Part shown: piece after piece, positions 25,363-35,133 of the stretch
How positions within the stretch are numbered: position 1 is the stretch's first letter
Layout: each line of letters starts with the position of its first letter
Origin: Candidatus Eiseniibacteriota bacterium
GTDB taxonomy: Bacteria; Joyebacterota; Joyebacteria; Joyebacterales; Joyebacteraceae
NCBI GenBank assembly: GCA_043819135.1
Contig: JBDRFG010000106.1
Span: forward strand, 67,612 to 131,611
DNA: 64,000 bases
Direction: 5' to 3'
Notes under the pieces: model-generated
Told to the model about the DNA's origin: nothing
Databases searched by the model: none
Seen by the model: the letters and a program-made list of their open reading frames with translations, nothing else
Translations under genes and position numbers: made by a program

Positions 25363-27843
25363 GTGGGACTCTTCGACCACATGACGGATGACAGGCGGCG
25401 GCAACTGGTCGGGGTGCTGTTGCTCTTTCTTGGCCTGCTCGTCGGAGTGAGCCTGGCCACCCACGTCTACTTCTCGCTGTCAGATGACCTAGGTCCCGAG
25501 ATCTGGACGACGCAGCTGGGGCTTCAGAACCGCCAGGTGTCCGGATGGATGTTCGACCTCCTGGGCCTGTGTGCCTGGGTGGCGCCGCTTCTCCTGGTGA
25601 TGTGGGGATGGAACCGAATAGCCGACGGAGATCCAGGCCCTCTGGCTCTCAAGAGCGTGTTCATTCTGGCGGTCTCGATGATCGTCGTCGCGCTCATCTA
25701 TACGGTCGGGGGGGGGCGCACCGCGAACGTGACCGGCGTGGCCGGCGCCCTGATCGCTGACGTCGGCATCCGCCACATCGGCAGACTGGGTACCTTCCTC
25801 GCCGGGGCCGGCGGCATAGTGATTATCACGCTTCTGACCACCGAATTCGACATCGACATGCTCACGGCGCCGTTCATCGCTATTGGCGGTTGGCTGGCAG
25901 GCGTGGGTGAGTCCGCGCGCGATCGGGTCGTGTCGCTGGCGGACCGGGAACCAGGAGAGCGTCTGCGGCCGGCGCGCAAGACACAGAGCGCGTCGAATCG
26001 TGAGAGTGCTCGACCGCGCAAGCGCGCGGGGGAAGAGGGTGTGGTCGAGGAGACGGCCAGGTCGCGCAGAGCGGCGGCGAAGGCCGAGCGGGAGCAGGAA
26101 GCGGAGAACAAGCCGCGCCGCCGCACTCCGTCGGTGCCAAGGATCATGGAGGCGAAGCGGCCGACGGTTCAGAAGCGCGCTCCTAAGCGGGTACCGGTTC
26201 CCGGCGACTTCCGCCTGCCCCCTCTGTCGCTGCTGGACGATCCTCCCAGCAGGACCCCCAATCAGGTGTCGCGGGAGGAACTGCTTGCCAGATCGAGGTT
26301 GCTTGAAGAGAAGCTCGCCGACTTCGACGTGGAAGCCGCCGTGGTTCAGGTGCATCCCGGGCCCATCATCACAAGATTCGAGATCGAGCCGGCCAGGGGT
26401 GTCAAGGTCAGCAGGATCGCGAATCTTCAGGATGACCTGGCGCTGGCCATGAAGGCGACGGCCATCAGAATCATCGCGCCGATCCCGGGCAGGGGGGCGG
26501 TGGGCATCGAGATCCCGAACGAGCATCCCGCCGTCGTGTACCTTAAGGACACGCTCGCGTCCGACGCCTTCCAGAACCTCAAGAGCGAGATACCGCTTGC
26601 GCTCGGCAAGGACACGACGGGCCGCGTCGCCTGCGCCGACCTGGCGAAGATGCCGCACCTGCTTGTGGCGGGCGCCACCGGCTCCGGCAAGAGCATCTGC
26701 CTGAACGCGCTTCTTACGGGCATCATCTTCAGATCGACGCCGGCCGAAGTGCGTTTCCTCCTGATCGATCCCAAGCGTCTCGAACTGCCGCGCTACTCGG
26801 GAATACCTCACCTGATCTCGCCCGTCGTGACGGACGCCAAGCAGGCGGCAATGGCGCTCCAGTGGCTCGTCAGCGAGATGGACCGCCGCTACGACATCCT
26901 GTCGACGCTGACGGTGCGGGACATATACGGTTTCAACAGGCGCATCGAGAACGGCAGCGATCTCGACGACCTGCCCGAGGGAGACAGGCACCGCCTTCCT
27001 CATATCGTCGTGGTAGTGGACGAGTTCGCCGACCTGATGGTAAGGGCGCCCCGCGACGTCGAGGCGCCGGTCCAGCGGCTGGCGCAGATGGCGCGTGCCG
27101 TCGGCATCCACCTGGTCTTCGCGACACAGCGCCCGTCAGTCGACGTGATCACCGGCGTCATCAAAGCGAACTTCGCGTCGCGCGTGTCCTTCCGCGTCAT
27201 CTCAATGACCGACTCACGCACGGTTCTCGACAGGAACGGTGCGGAGACGCTTCTGGGCAACGGCGACATGCTCTTCCTGCCGACGGGCAAGCCGGACCCC
27301 ATTCGACTGCACGGGGCCTTCATCTCCAACGAAGAGACCGCTCGACTCGTTGCGTTCATGCGGAAGCAGGGCCCGCCCGACTACATGTTCGACCTCGAGG
27401 AGAAGGGCGGCATGGCCAGCAAGCTGGCCGCCAGCCAGAAGGACGACTTCTACGAGAAGGCGCTCGAGGTCGTCGTCGGCACGCAGATGGGTTCCACCTC
27501 GCTGCTTCAGCGTCGGCTGTCCGTCGGATACGCCCGCGCCGGGCGCCTGATGGACCTCCTGGAGTCCAACGGGATCGTAGGACCTTTCAAGGGCAGCAAG
27601 GCTCGCGACGTACTGGTCGGTCCCGAGTACCTCGAGGAGATGGCGGCGGCCGGCGTCGCCACGGCGACCGCCGTCGCCGACCCGTTTGAAGATGACGGGA
27701 CTCCTGACGACCCATATGCCGAGGGGGAGTGGGAAGAGCCCGAGGCGGAGGGGACAGAGACCGACGAGGAGGAAGAAGCGGAAGAAGAAGCGGAAGAAGA
27801 AGAGGAAGAAGAGGAAGAAGAGGATGAGGAAGAAGAAGACTGA
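25363..27843 (+). CDS. ftsK: DNA translocase FtsK/SpoIIIE with unusual poly-Glu C-terminal tail
   Basis: N-terminal TM helices; Pro/Arg/Lys-rich linker; motor domain with Walker A GATGSGKS and Walker B VVVDEFADLM; gamma-like winged helix (LYEKALEVVV...QRRLSVGYARAGRLMDLLE); then a roughly 70 aa acidic tail ending EEEAEEEAEEEEEEEEEEDEEEED. Confidence 0.9.
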   Translation: MGLFDHMTDDRRRQLVGVLLLFLGLLVGVSLATHVYFSLSDDLGPEIWTTQLGLQNRQVSGWMFDLLGLCAWVAPLLLVMWGWNRIADGDPGPLALKSVFILAVSMIVVALIYTVGGGRTANVTGVAGALIADVGIRHIGRLGTFLAGAGGIVIITLLTTEFDIDMLTAPFIAIGGWLAGVGESARDRVVSLADREPGERLRPARKTQSASNRESARPRKRAGEEGVVEETARSRRAAAKAEREQEAENKPRRRTPSVPRIMEAKRPTVQKRAPKRVPVPGDFRLPPLSLLDDPPSRTPNQVSREELLARSRLLEEKLADFDVEAAVVQVHPGPIITRFEIEPARGVKVSRIANLQDDLALAMKATAIRIIAPIPGRGAVGIEIPNEHPAVVYLKDTLASDAFQNLKSEIPLALGKDTTGRVACADLAKMPHLLVAGATGSGKSICLNALLTGIIFRSTPAEVRFLLIDPKRLELPRYSGIPHLISPVVTDAKQAAMALQWLVSEMDRRYDILSTLTVRDIYGFNRRIENGSDLDDLPEGDRHRLPHIVVVVDEFADLMVRAPRDVEAPVQRLAQMARAVGIHLVFATQRPSVDVITGVIKANFASRVSFRVISMTDSRTVLDRNGAETLLGNGDMLFLPTGKPDPIRLHGAFISNEETARLVAFMRKQGPPDYMFDLEEKGGMASKLAASQKDDFYEKALEVVVGTQMGSTSLLQRRLSVGYARAGRLMDLLESNGIVGPFKGSKARDVLVGPEYLEEMAAAGVATATAVADPFEDDGTPDDPYAEGEWEEPEAEGTETDEEEEAEEEAEEEEEEEEEEDEEEED
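27766..27840. repeat. GAR (GAA/GAG) trinucleotide repeat tract encoding the FtsK poly-Glu tail
   Basis: About 75 nt of uninterrupted purine triplets (gaagaagaagcggaagaagaag...). The same tract reads as poly-Lys in the +1 frame. Confidence 0.6.
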
Positions 27844-28582
27844 TCCCGGCCTTCGCAGGACGTTGGTTCGCGCGGCGGCATGTGCCCTGGCGACGTGGAT
27901 CGTCGTCGCGCTCCTTCCGCTTCCGTGCGCCGCGGAGGATGGGCAGCGCCCCGAGCCGACTGAGCGCAAAGTGGCCTTCGCCAAGGAGCTTATTGCGAGC
28001 GTCATCGAGCGGTACGAGTCCGAGCGCTCGTACAGGATATCCTTCAGCCAGGAGAGCTACTGGGCTCTCGCGGACACGACGATATCCTCCACCGGCGTCC
28101 TCCTCCTGGAGCGACCCTCGATGCTCTCCGTTCGCTACGGCGACGGCAGCACGATCGCCTCGAACGGCGACACGCTCCGCGTCTACATGTCGCAGACCAA
28201 CCAGTACTTCGTCACGCACGTCGGCCCGGACGACACGGTCATCGATCCTCCTAGAGTGCTCAGGGCATTCATTCCCGACCCGAACGGTCCCTTCCTGGGG
28301 CCAACCGCGGTTGAGGTCGACGCCCCCGCGGGGGGCGGGGAGCCGGTCGAGCGCATAGTGAAGGCGACCCTCTCTCTGATACCCGCCGACGGAACCGGTG
28401 AACCGGCGAGGCTCGAGGTTACCGTCGATCCCAGCAGGAGCATCGTCACGGGAATGGTCGCGCACACGAGATCGGGTGACTTCACTCGATACCGGATTTC
28501 CGAGACTCAGTTCGGGGTCGACACGACACCCGCCGATTTCGTCATCGACATACCGCCCGAAGCAGAGCGTATCGGTGGGTAG
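27824..28582 (+). CDS. LolA-like outer-membrane lipoprotein carrier / periplasmic chaperone candidate
   Basis: Signal peptide MRKKKTDPGLRRTLVRAAACALATWIVVALLPLPCAA. Conserved ftsK-lolA synteny. Start set at the ATG at 27824 (overlaps the ftsK end by 20 nt). The poly-Lys N-terminus in the track ORF is a frame shadow of the GAA repeat. Confidence 0.55.
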   Translation: MRKKKTDPGLRRTLVRAAACALATWIVVALLPLPCAAEDGQRPEPTERKVAFAKELIASVIERYESERSYRISFSQESYWALADTTISSTGVLLLERPSMLSVRYGDGSTIASNGDTLRVYMSQTNQYFVTHVGPDDTVIDPPRVLRAFIPDPNGPFLGPTAVEVDAPAGGGEPVERIVKATLSLIPADGTGEPARLEVTVDPSRSIVTGMVAHTRSGDFTRYRISETQFGVDTTPADFVIDIPPEAERIGG

Positions 28583-28672
28583 CGGAACGAACGCGGCCCA
28601 TCGCGAGCCCGGGCGGCACCGGCGCAGCGACTCACCATTGATCGCCACCAGCACCACAACCGGTAATACCCG

Positions 28673-30001
28673 ATGAAGATAGCTTTCATCACGCTGGGCT
28701 GCCCCAAGAACCTGGTCGATACCGAGGTTATGCTGGGACTCCTGGCGGATGAGGGGCACGAGTTCACTCCGGAAGCCGGGGAGGCCGACACGATAATAGT
28801 GAGCACTTGCTCATTCATATCGGCGGCCGTCCAGGAATCACGTGGCGTCGTGGACCAGTGTCTCGCCCTCAAGGCCGATGGAGCGGTCCGCCATGTAGTA
28901 GTCGCCGGTTGTCTGCCGCAACGTTACGGAGCCGCGACCTGGGGCATGTTTCCCGGTGTGGACGCCGTTGTCGGATGCTCGGACTTCGAGAAGATCGTAG
29001 AGGTCGTTCGACAGGTCGAATCGGACGCCAGCGTCTTCAGCGTTGGCGTTCCTGAGGCGCTCTACGACGATTCGTCTCCGCGAGTCCTCGGCACTCCCGG
29101 ACACATCGCGTACGTGAAGATTGCGGACGGATGCGACAACCGCTGCGCGTACTGCGTCATTCCTTCCATCCGCGGCGCCCTGAGAAGCCGGACACCCGAG
29201 TCGGTGATCCGCGAGGTCGCGAACCTCGCCGAGAGCGGTGTCAGGGAGGTCAACCTCATAGCGCAGGATACAACCGCATACGGCACGGACATTGCACCGG
29301 ATGTTACGTTGCCCGCGCTTCTGTCCGCGCTCGCAGACACCGGTGTACCGTGGATCCGTGTTCTGTACACACACCCGGCGCACGTGACCGACGAGCTTCT
29401 GTCGGTCATGTCCGGCCTGGAGCCCGTGGTGCCGTACCTGGACATGCCCATCCAGCATATATCCGACAGAGTTCTTGCGGCAATGGGCCGCGGGACGGAC
29501 GGTGAGCACATTCGCTCACTGATCAGTCGCGTTCGTGAGGCGGTGCCCGGCGTCTCCATCAGGAGTTCGGTCATGGTCGGCTTCCCTGACGAAACCGACG
29601 CGGAGTTCCAGGAGCTTCTTGCGTTCGTCCGTCAGGGGAACGTAGATCACCTGGGCGTCTTCGAGTACTCGCCCGAACCCGGAACGCCCGCCTTTTCGCT
29701 GCCGGGACGCATCGAGGCCGAGACCGCCTCCGTGCGCGCGCGCGCTATCATCGAAACCATGGAGGGGCTGACCGAGGCGCGGGGACAAAACATGATCGGT
29801 CGTGAGGTCACGATCCTGATTGACAGCTCGGGCTCCGCCGAGGAAGGGCGACCCGCGGTCGGGCGGACCTCCGGTCAGGCGTGGGAAATGGACGGCGAGG
29901 TGCTCGTCGAGCCCGACGACCAGAGCCCCGCGGAAGGCGACTTCGCGCGTGTTAAGGTGACAGGTGTGGCCGGGTTCGACCTTACAGCCAGGATTGCCTA
30001 G
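28673..30001 (+). CDS. rimO: ribosomal protein S12 methylthiotransferase RimO (radical SAM MTTase with TRAM domain)
   Basis: MKIAFITLGCPKNLVDTE (UPF0004 N-domain); radical-SAM CxxxCxxC (CDNRCAYC); C-terminal TRAM domain. Confidence 0.85.
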   Translation: MKIAFITLGCPKNLVDTEVMLGLLADEGHEFTPEAGEADTIIVSTCSFISAAVQESRGVVDQCLALKADGAVRHVVVAGCLPQRYGAATWGMFPGVDAVVGCSDFEKIVEVVRQVESDASVFSVGVPEALYDDSSPRVLGTPGHIAYVKIADGCDNRCAYCVIPSIRGALRSRTPESVIREVANLAESGVREVNLIAQDTTAYGTDIAPDVTLPALLSALADTGVPWIRVLYTHPAHVTDELLSVMSGLEPVVPYLDMPIQHISDRVLAAMGRGTDGEHIRSLISRVREAVPGVSIRSSVMVGFPDETDAEFQELLAFVRQGNVDHLGVFEYSPEPGTPAFSLPGRIEAETASVRARAIIETMEGLTEARGQNMIGREVTILIDSSGSAEEGRPAVGRTSGQAWEMDGEVLVEPDDQSPAEGDFARVKVTGVAGFDLTARIA

Positions 30002-30095
30002 CGCACCGCAGCGGGAAAACCCGGTGGGGAGAAACCGCTTGATAGGTTCGAGCGCCCTGTGCTAGCTTTGCCGGTGTCTTGGGCGGGGGGGTGAT

Positions 30096-30773
30096 GTGGG
30101 GAACAGAAGAGACACGGCGCGGACCTGGTCCTCTGAGGCGAGCAGCGGGCTGCCGCCGGTGGGTCGTTCCGATCTGGACATACTGTGCGCGCTCCTCGCG
30201 GGTGGAACAGGGAGCGAGCCCGTGCACTCGGTCGGCAAGGAACTTCTCGAGCGATTCGGGTCCCTCTCGGAAGTGCTCACGGAGCCCCCATCGAGCCTGA
30301 CAAGGGTGAGAGGCGTGGGCAGCCGGTTGGCGTCTCGACTGGCCGCAACCAGAGAGCTTGCCGGTCGGCTTCGAGTTCACGAGAAGCGAGCGCCCAGGCT
30401 CTATCTCACCGGACCCGAGGACGTTGCAGACATGTTCATGAGGGAGATGGCCACCCTCGACAGAGAGCACTTCAGAGCCGTCCTCCTGAACACGAAGAAC
30501 AGGATACTGGGTGTCAGGACCATCTCCATCGGGTCCCTGAATGCATCGATAGTCCACGCGCGGGAGGTGTTCAAGGCGGCCGTCGCCGAGAGCGCCCAGG
30601 CGATCGTACTGGTTCACAATCACCCGTCGGGACTGCCCGAGCCCAGCAGCGAAGACATTGTCGTGACCGAACGTCTGGCTGAGGCGGGCAGAATACTGGG
30701 GATAGAGATACTCGACCACATAGTGCTGGGCAGCCAGGGGTTCGTCAGTCTCAAGGAAATGGGACACCTCTGA
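30096..30773 (+). CDS. radC: RadC-family JAB/MPN-domain protein (UPF0758)
   Basis: [18 protein letters not shown] motif. N-terminal helix-hairpin-helix-like [23 protein letters not shown] start. Confidence 0.75.
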   Translation: MGNRRDTARTWSSEASSGLPPVGRSDLDILCALLAGGTGSEPVHSVGKELLERFGSLSEVLTEPPSSLTRVRGVGSRLASRLAATRELAGRLRVHEKRAPRLYLTGPEDVADMFMREMATLDREHFRAVLLNTKNRILGVRTISIGSLNASIVHAREVFKAAVAESAQAIVLVHNHPSGLPEPSSEDIVVTERLAEAGRILGIEILDHIVLGSQGFVSLKEMGHL

Positions 30774-30819
30774 CGCCTCTTCGCGAGTTCAGGCACACGC
30801 CGGAAACGGAAGCACAACC

Positions 30820-31854
30820 ATGCTGTTCGACTCCTTACTTGGACTGGTCAACGATGTTGCCATCGACCTCGGCACGGCCAATACACTCATCTACGTGAGG
30901 GGCCGTGGCGTCGTCCTGAACGAGCCGTCCGTCATTGCCATTGATAGGCAGAGCGGCAAGGTCGTGGCCGTCGGCAGCAAGGCCAAGGAGATGCTCGGCC
31001 GGACACCCGACGGCATCAAGGCCCTTCGCCCGATGAAGGACGGCGTCATTGCCGACTTCGAGGGAACCGAGGACCTCCTGCGGGAGTTCATACTCCAGGT
31101 TCAGAGACGCCGGCTGCTCGTCAGGCCCAGAATGGTCATATGCGTGCCCTCCGGCATCACCGAGGTGGAGCGCCGTGCGGTGCAGGATTCGGCGGAGCAC
31201 GCGGGGGCGAGGGAGGTCTTCCTCGTGGCTGAGCCCATAGCCGCCGCGATAGGCGTCGGGCTCCCGGTCGACAAGCCAGCCGGCAACATGGTCGTCGACA
31301 TTGGCGGAGGAACGACCGAGATCGCCGTCATCGCGCTCTCCGGGATCGTCAACCACACGTCCATCCGCGTCGGTGGCGACGAGATGGACGAGGCCATCAT
31401 GAACCACCTCCGACGGAGCTACAACCTGCTCATCGGCGAGCAGACCGCCGAGAAGACGAAGATCCAGATCGGCTCCGCCTATCCTCTCGAGGAGGAAATG
31501 GAGGCGGACGTCAAGGGACGCGACCTCGTCGGGGGCGTTCCGCGCACTCTCAAGATCACGTCCGAGGAGATAAGAGAGGCTCTTCAGGAACCCATCTCCG
31601 CCATCGTCGAAGCGCTGAAGCTCTCTCTCGAGGAGACTCCTCCCGAGCTGGCGGCGGACCTTGTCGACCGCGGTATTGTCATGACGGGCGGCGGCTCCCT
31701 GCTGCGCGGCCTCGACGTGCTGCTGCGGGAAGAAACCAAGTTGCCGATAAACGTCGTCGAGAATCCGCTGACCTGTGTCGTTCTCGGCACGGGCAAGATA
31801 CTCGAGAACCTCGCCCACTACGAACCCGTCCTGATGAGATCAGCCAAGAGGTAG
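30820..31854 (+). CDS. mreB: rod shape-determining protein MreB
   Basis: [11 protein letters not shown]...SVIAI...MKDGVIADF is the canonical actin-like MreB. Confidence 0.95.
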   Translation: MLFDSLLGLVNDVAIDLGTANTLIYVRGRGVVLNEPSVIAIDRQSGKVVAVGSKAKEMLGRTPDGIKALRPMKDGVIADFEGTEDLLREFILQVQRRRLLVRPRMVICVPSGITEVERRAVQDSAEHAGAREVFLVAEPIAAAIGVGLPVDKPAGNMVVDIGGGTTEIAVIALSGIVNHTSIRVGGDEMDEAIMNHLRRSYNLLIGEQTAEKTKIQIGSAYPLEEEMEADVKGRDLVGGVPRTLKITSEEIREALQEPISAIVEALKLSLEETPPELAADLVDRGIVMTGGGSLLRGLDVLLREETKLPINVVENPLTCVVLGTGKILENLAHYEPVLMRSAKR

Positions 31855-31863
31855 GAGGACGGG

Positions 31864-32760
31864 ATGCTCGCCCAGCTCTCCCGGGTCCTGCGTGGGAATC
31901 GTGAACTTTCCACGTTTCTCTTCTGCGCAGTTCTCTCCTTCGTGTTCTTGGCGCTTCCACCCGGCGCGAAGGGATTCATTTCGACCGTTCTGTCCGGGGC
32001 CGTTCTCGGACCGGTCGAACGAATCTCGTCCGCCGTTGTTCAGCGCGGACGCGTCAGCGAAGAGAACGCGGCCCTGCGCCGCATCGCCATCGACCTCATG
32101 ACCGAACGCTCGGCTCTCGTCGACTACAGACTCGAGAACGAACGACTGCGGGAGCTCGTGGGTTTCCTGGTGGCGTTCCCGGAGGAGGAGCTCGCCGAGA
32201 TGATCCCGGCCAGAGTCATCGGGATGCCGGGCGGGCGGGTGGTCGAGAGCATGAAGATCGACAAGGGTCTGCGTGACAGCCTCGAGGTGGACATGCCAAT
32301 TGTCGTTCCGGGCGGGCTCGCGGGCAAGATCTCCAGCGTGTCTCACAATCACTCCATGGTCGAGCCCCTGACGAGCGCGTCCTCCGGCGTCAGCGTCATG
32401 ACGGAGCGCGGGCGCGTCAGGGGAGTGGTCAAGCCGCGATTCGGCGGCGCGTCCCGTCGAGTCAGCTGGGAGATCGACTACGTCCAGGCACGTTCCGACG
32501 TCCGTGAGGGCGACCTCGTCGTCACGTCCGGGCTCGGCGGGATCTACCCGGCGGGCATTACGGTGGGTCGAGTACTTCAGGCCGTCGAGGGACCGCTGAC
32601 CATGTCGATCGAGGTCGAACTCGCTATCGACTTCTCAACCGTGGAGCAAGTGTTCGTTCTCACCGGCAAAACCGGTGTTCCCACCGAGCTGGATGAACTC
32701 CGCGAACGCCTGATGATGGAACTGGAAAGCGAACGAGCGGCGCTGGAGGGACGGCCGTGA
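31864..32760 (+). CDS. mreC: rod shape-determining protein MreC
   Basis: Position after mreB; N-terminal TM helix; coiled coil plus beta-rich C-domain. AGGAGG RBS. Confidence 0.8.
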   Translation: MLAQLSRVLRGNRELSTFLFCAVLSFVFLALPPGAKGFISTVLSGAVLGPVERISSAVVQRGRVSEENAALRRIAIDLMTERSALVDYRLENERLRELVGFLVAFPEEELAEMIPARVIGMPGGRVVESMKIDKGLRDSLEVDMPIVVPGGLAGKISSVSHNHSMVEPLTSASSGVSVMTERGRVRGVVKPRFGGASRRVSWEIDYVQARSDVREGDLVVTSGLGGIYPAGITVGRVLQAVEGPLTMSIEVELAIDFSTVEQVFVLTGKTGVPTELDELRERLMMELESERAALEGRP

Positions 32761-33254
32761 GAACTGTGTGGTTCGTCGGCCTGGCCGTTACAGCCGTCAT
32801 CCTGGACTCCGCGGTGGCTCCCGAGATCGAGTTTCTCGGTGCCCGGCCGGACTTCCTCGTTCTCGTCGTGGCCTACGCCGGCCTGGCGCTCGGCGCCAGG
32901 CCGGCAACGATCGTCGGCTTCATCCTTGGTCTCGTCGTGGACGCGGAGCAGCCAGAGTACCTCGGGCTTCACGCTCTGGCTCTTTCGGTGATCGGCTACG
33001 CCAGCGCCGCGGCGTGGGAGCACCTCGTCCGCGGAAGCCTCCTCGTGCAGATATCGGTCCTGTTCTGCGCGGCGCTCGCGCACGATGTCATCTACTACGT
33101 CGTTTACTTCCGCAACCACCTTGACATGTTCGCGAGGTTCTTCGTGCGCTTCGGACTCGCGGGGGCCGCCTACACCGCTGCGTTCGCGGTGCTGATATGC
33201 GCCCTGGCCCAGGCCAGGTCATGGAGGCCGATAATAGGTGGCACGCGTGTCTAA
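32757..33254 (+). CDS. mreD: rod shape-determining protein MreD
   Basis: Small polytopic membrane protein after mreC. GTGA overlap. Confidence 0.7.
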   Translation: MRTVWFVGLAVTAVILDSAVAPEIEFLGARPDFLVLVVAYAGLALGARPATIVGFILGLVVDAEQPEYLGLHALALSVIGYASAAAWEHLVRGSLLVQISVLFCAALAHDVIYYVVYFRNHLDMFARFFVRFGLAGAAYTAAFAVLICALAQARSWRPIIGGTRV

Positions 33255-35133
33255 CGGTCTGGCCGAACTGGACGTCCTGCGCCAGAGATCGAGACTGGTG
33301 AGGCTCGTCGCATTCGTCATCTTCTCCGTCATAGTTCTGAGACTTGGCTGGCTCCAGCTGGCCCGCGGCGGGTTCTACCGCGAGCTATCCGAGGACAACT
33401 ACGTTCAGGGCTTCGAGGTGCGTGCGCCCAGGGGCCTCCTCATTGACCGCAACGGCGTGATCCTCGCCGACAACAGGGTCTCCCTGTCCATCACGCTCTC
33501 CAGAATCCGAAACCGCGACGACGACGCGCTCGCCGACCTTCTATCGGAGGTCCTTGCCATGGACCGCGAGTTCGTCGCGGAGAAGCTCCTCGAGACGCGC
33601 ATGCGCTACTACGGCGCCGTAACTCTGATCGAGGACGCGGACCTTGAGCAGATATCGCGCGTCGAGGAGAGACGGTCGGAACTGCCCGGGGTCAAGGTCG
33701 AGACCACGGCGAGGCGGAGGTATCTGACCGGCTCGATGTGCAGTCACGCTCTGGGCTATGTCGGCGAGGTGTCGGACCGCGAACTCGAGGTAATGGCACC
33801 GCTGGGGTACGCGCCCAGAGACGTCGTCGGGAAGACCGCCGTGGAGCAGCGATACGAACTCCTGCTCAGGGGGCGCGACGGCGCCGAGTACTGGGTGTGC
33901 GATTCGGCCGGCCGCGAACTCTATCCGTTCGAGGGGGGACCATCGAGAGACATCAGGCCGGGGCACAACTTGATCCTGACCATCGATGCCGAGGCCCAGC
34001 GCGTGGCCGAGGAGGTCCTCAAACAGCATGCCGCCGGCGCAATCGTGGCCATCGAGCCACGAACCGGCGAGGTGCTGGTGATGGCGTCGCACCCGGCGCC
34101 CGACCCGAACGCCCTCGCCGGAGGCATCTCGACGGAAGCGTGGCGCGAGCTTACGGAGTCGACGACGCACCCGCTCCTCAACAGAGCCATCCAGGCGCTC
34201 TATCCACCCGGTAGCCCGTTCAAGCTGATCACGGCAGGCGCGGGTCTTGAGACCGGCGCCATCGGACGGGGAACGCAGGTCACGTGCAAGGGCGCCTACA
34301 AGTATGGGATCAGAACCTTCAGATGCTGGAAAGCCGAAGGTCACGGCGTTACTGATGTGCTGGACGGCATCGTGGAGTCTTGCGACGTGTTCATGTATCA
34401 GATCGGCGCCGGACTAGGCGTTGCTACGCTGATGGACTGGGCAGAGCGAAGCGGCCTCGGAAGAAGGACGGGCATCGACATCGCCGGCGAGTCGGCGGGG
34501 AACGTGCCGACGCCGGCGTGGTACGACCGGCGCTACGGCAAGAAGAAATGGAGCCGGGGAGTGGTGATCAACCTCGCCATCGGCCAGGGTGAGCTGCTCA
34601 TGACGCCGCTGCAGGCCGCATGCCTCGCAGCCGGGATCGCGAACTCGGGTGTCGTGTACACGCCCCATCTGTTCAAGCGGGTCGAGACCTACTCGGGGCG
34701 AACGATAGGGACGGCACGAAACACGGTGGCCTACGAGCTGCCATTCCGACCGGACACCATGCGGCTCCTTAGGCAGGCGATGGTGGGCGTGGTGGAGGGG
34801 CAGAACGGGACCGGGAAGCTCGCACGGATAGAGGGCATCGAGGTAGCGGGGAAGACGGGGACCGCACAGAATCCGCACGGCGAGGACCACTCGTGCTTCA
34901 TAGCATACGCTCCAGCCGACGATCCGACCATCGCCGTAGCCGTCATTGCCGAGAACGCCGGCGGCGGTGGGGCCATAGCGGCACCGATGGCCAGAGAGGT
35001 CATGAAGGCGTACCTCAGGATCAAGGATCCACGGCAGGCACCGCGCGCTGCCCCGGTAGAACCGGAGACCGTGGCGGACGGTGACACTGAGCCTGCCGAC
35101 GGGACGCACGGGGGCGCCGATGCTGGACCGTAG
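33238..35133 (+). CDS. mrdA: penicillin-binding protein 2 (elongasome transpeptidase)
   Basis: N-terminal TM helix and dimerisation domain; transpeptidase motifs SPFK (STYK-like), SCD and KTGTA. Synteny with mreBCD-rodA. Confidence 0.9.
   Translation: MARVSNGLAELDVLRQRSRLVRLVAFVIFSVIVLRLGWLQLARGGFYRELSEDNYVQGFEVRAPRGLLIDRNGVILADNRVSLSITLSRIRNRDDDALADLLSEVLAMDREFVAEKLLETRMRYYGAVTLIEDADLEQISRVEERRSELPGVKVETTARRRYLTGSMCSHALGYVGEVSDRELEVMAPLGYAPRDVVGKTAVEQRYELLLRGRDGAEYWVCDSAGRELYPFEGGPSRDIRPGHNLILTIDAEAQRVAEEVLKQHAAGAIVAIEPRTGEVLVMASHPAPDPNALAGGISTEAWRELTESTTHPLLNRAIQALYPPGSPFKLITAGAGLETGAIGRGTQVTCKGAYKYGIRTFRCWKAEGHGVTDVLDGIVESCDVFMYQIGAGLGVATLMDWAERSGLGRRTGIDIAGESAGNVPTPAWYDRRYGKKKWSRGVVINLAIGQGELLMTPLQAACLAAGIANSGVVYTPHLFKRVETYSGRTIGTARNTVAYELPFRPDTMRLLRQAMVGVVEGQNGTGKLARIEGIEVAGKTGTAQNPHGEDHSCFIAYAPADDPTIAVAVIAENAGGGGAIAAPMAREVMKAYLRIKDPRQAPRAAPVEPETVADGDTEPADGTHGGADAGP

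Noticed and set aside
25489-27111. 540-aa ORF on the minus strand antisense to ftsK
   Set aside because: It lies wholly inside the strongly supported ftsK coding region. The product is Arg/Pro/Gly-rich low-complexity with no RBS, which is the typical high-GC antisense open-frame artefact.
27686-27823. Poly-lysine N-terminal extension (KKRKKKRKKKRKKRKK) of the LolA-like ORF
   Set aside because: It is the +1 frame of the GAA/GAG repeat that encodes the FtsK poly-Glu tail. The true start is most likely ATG 27824, just before the signal peptide.
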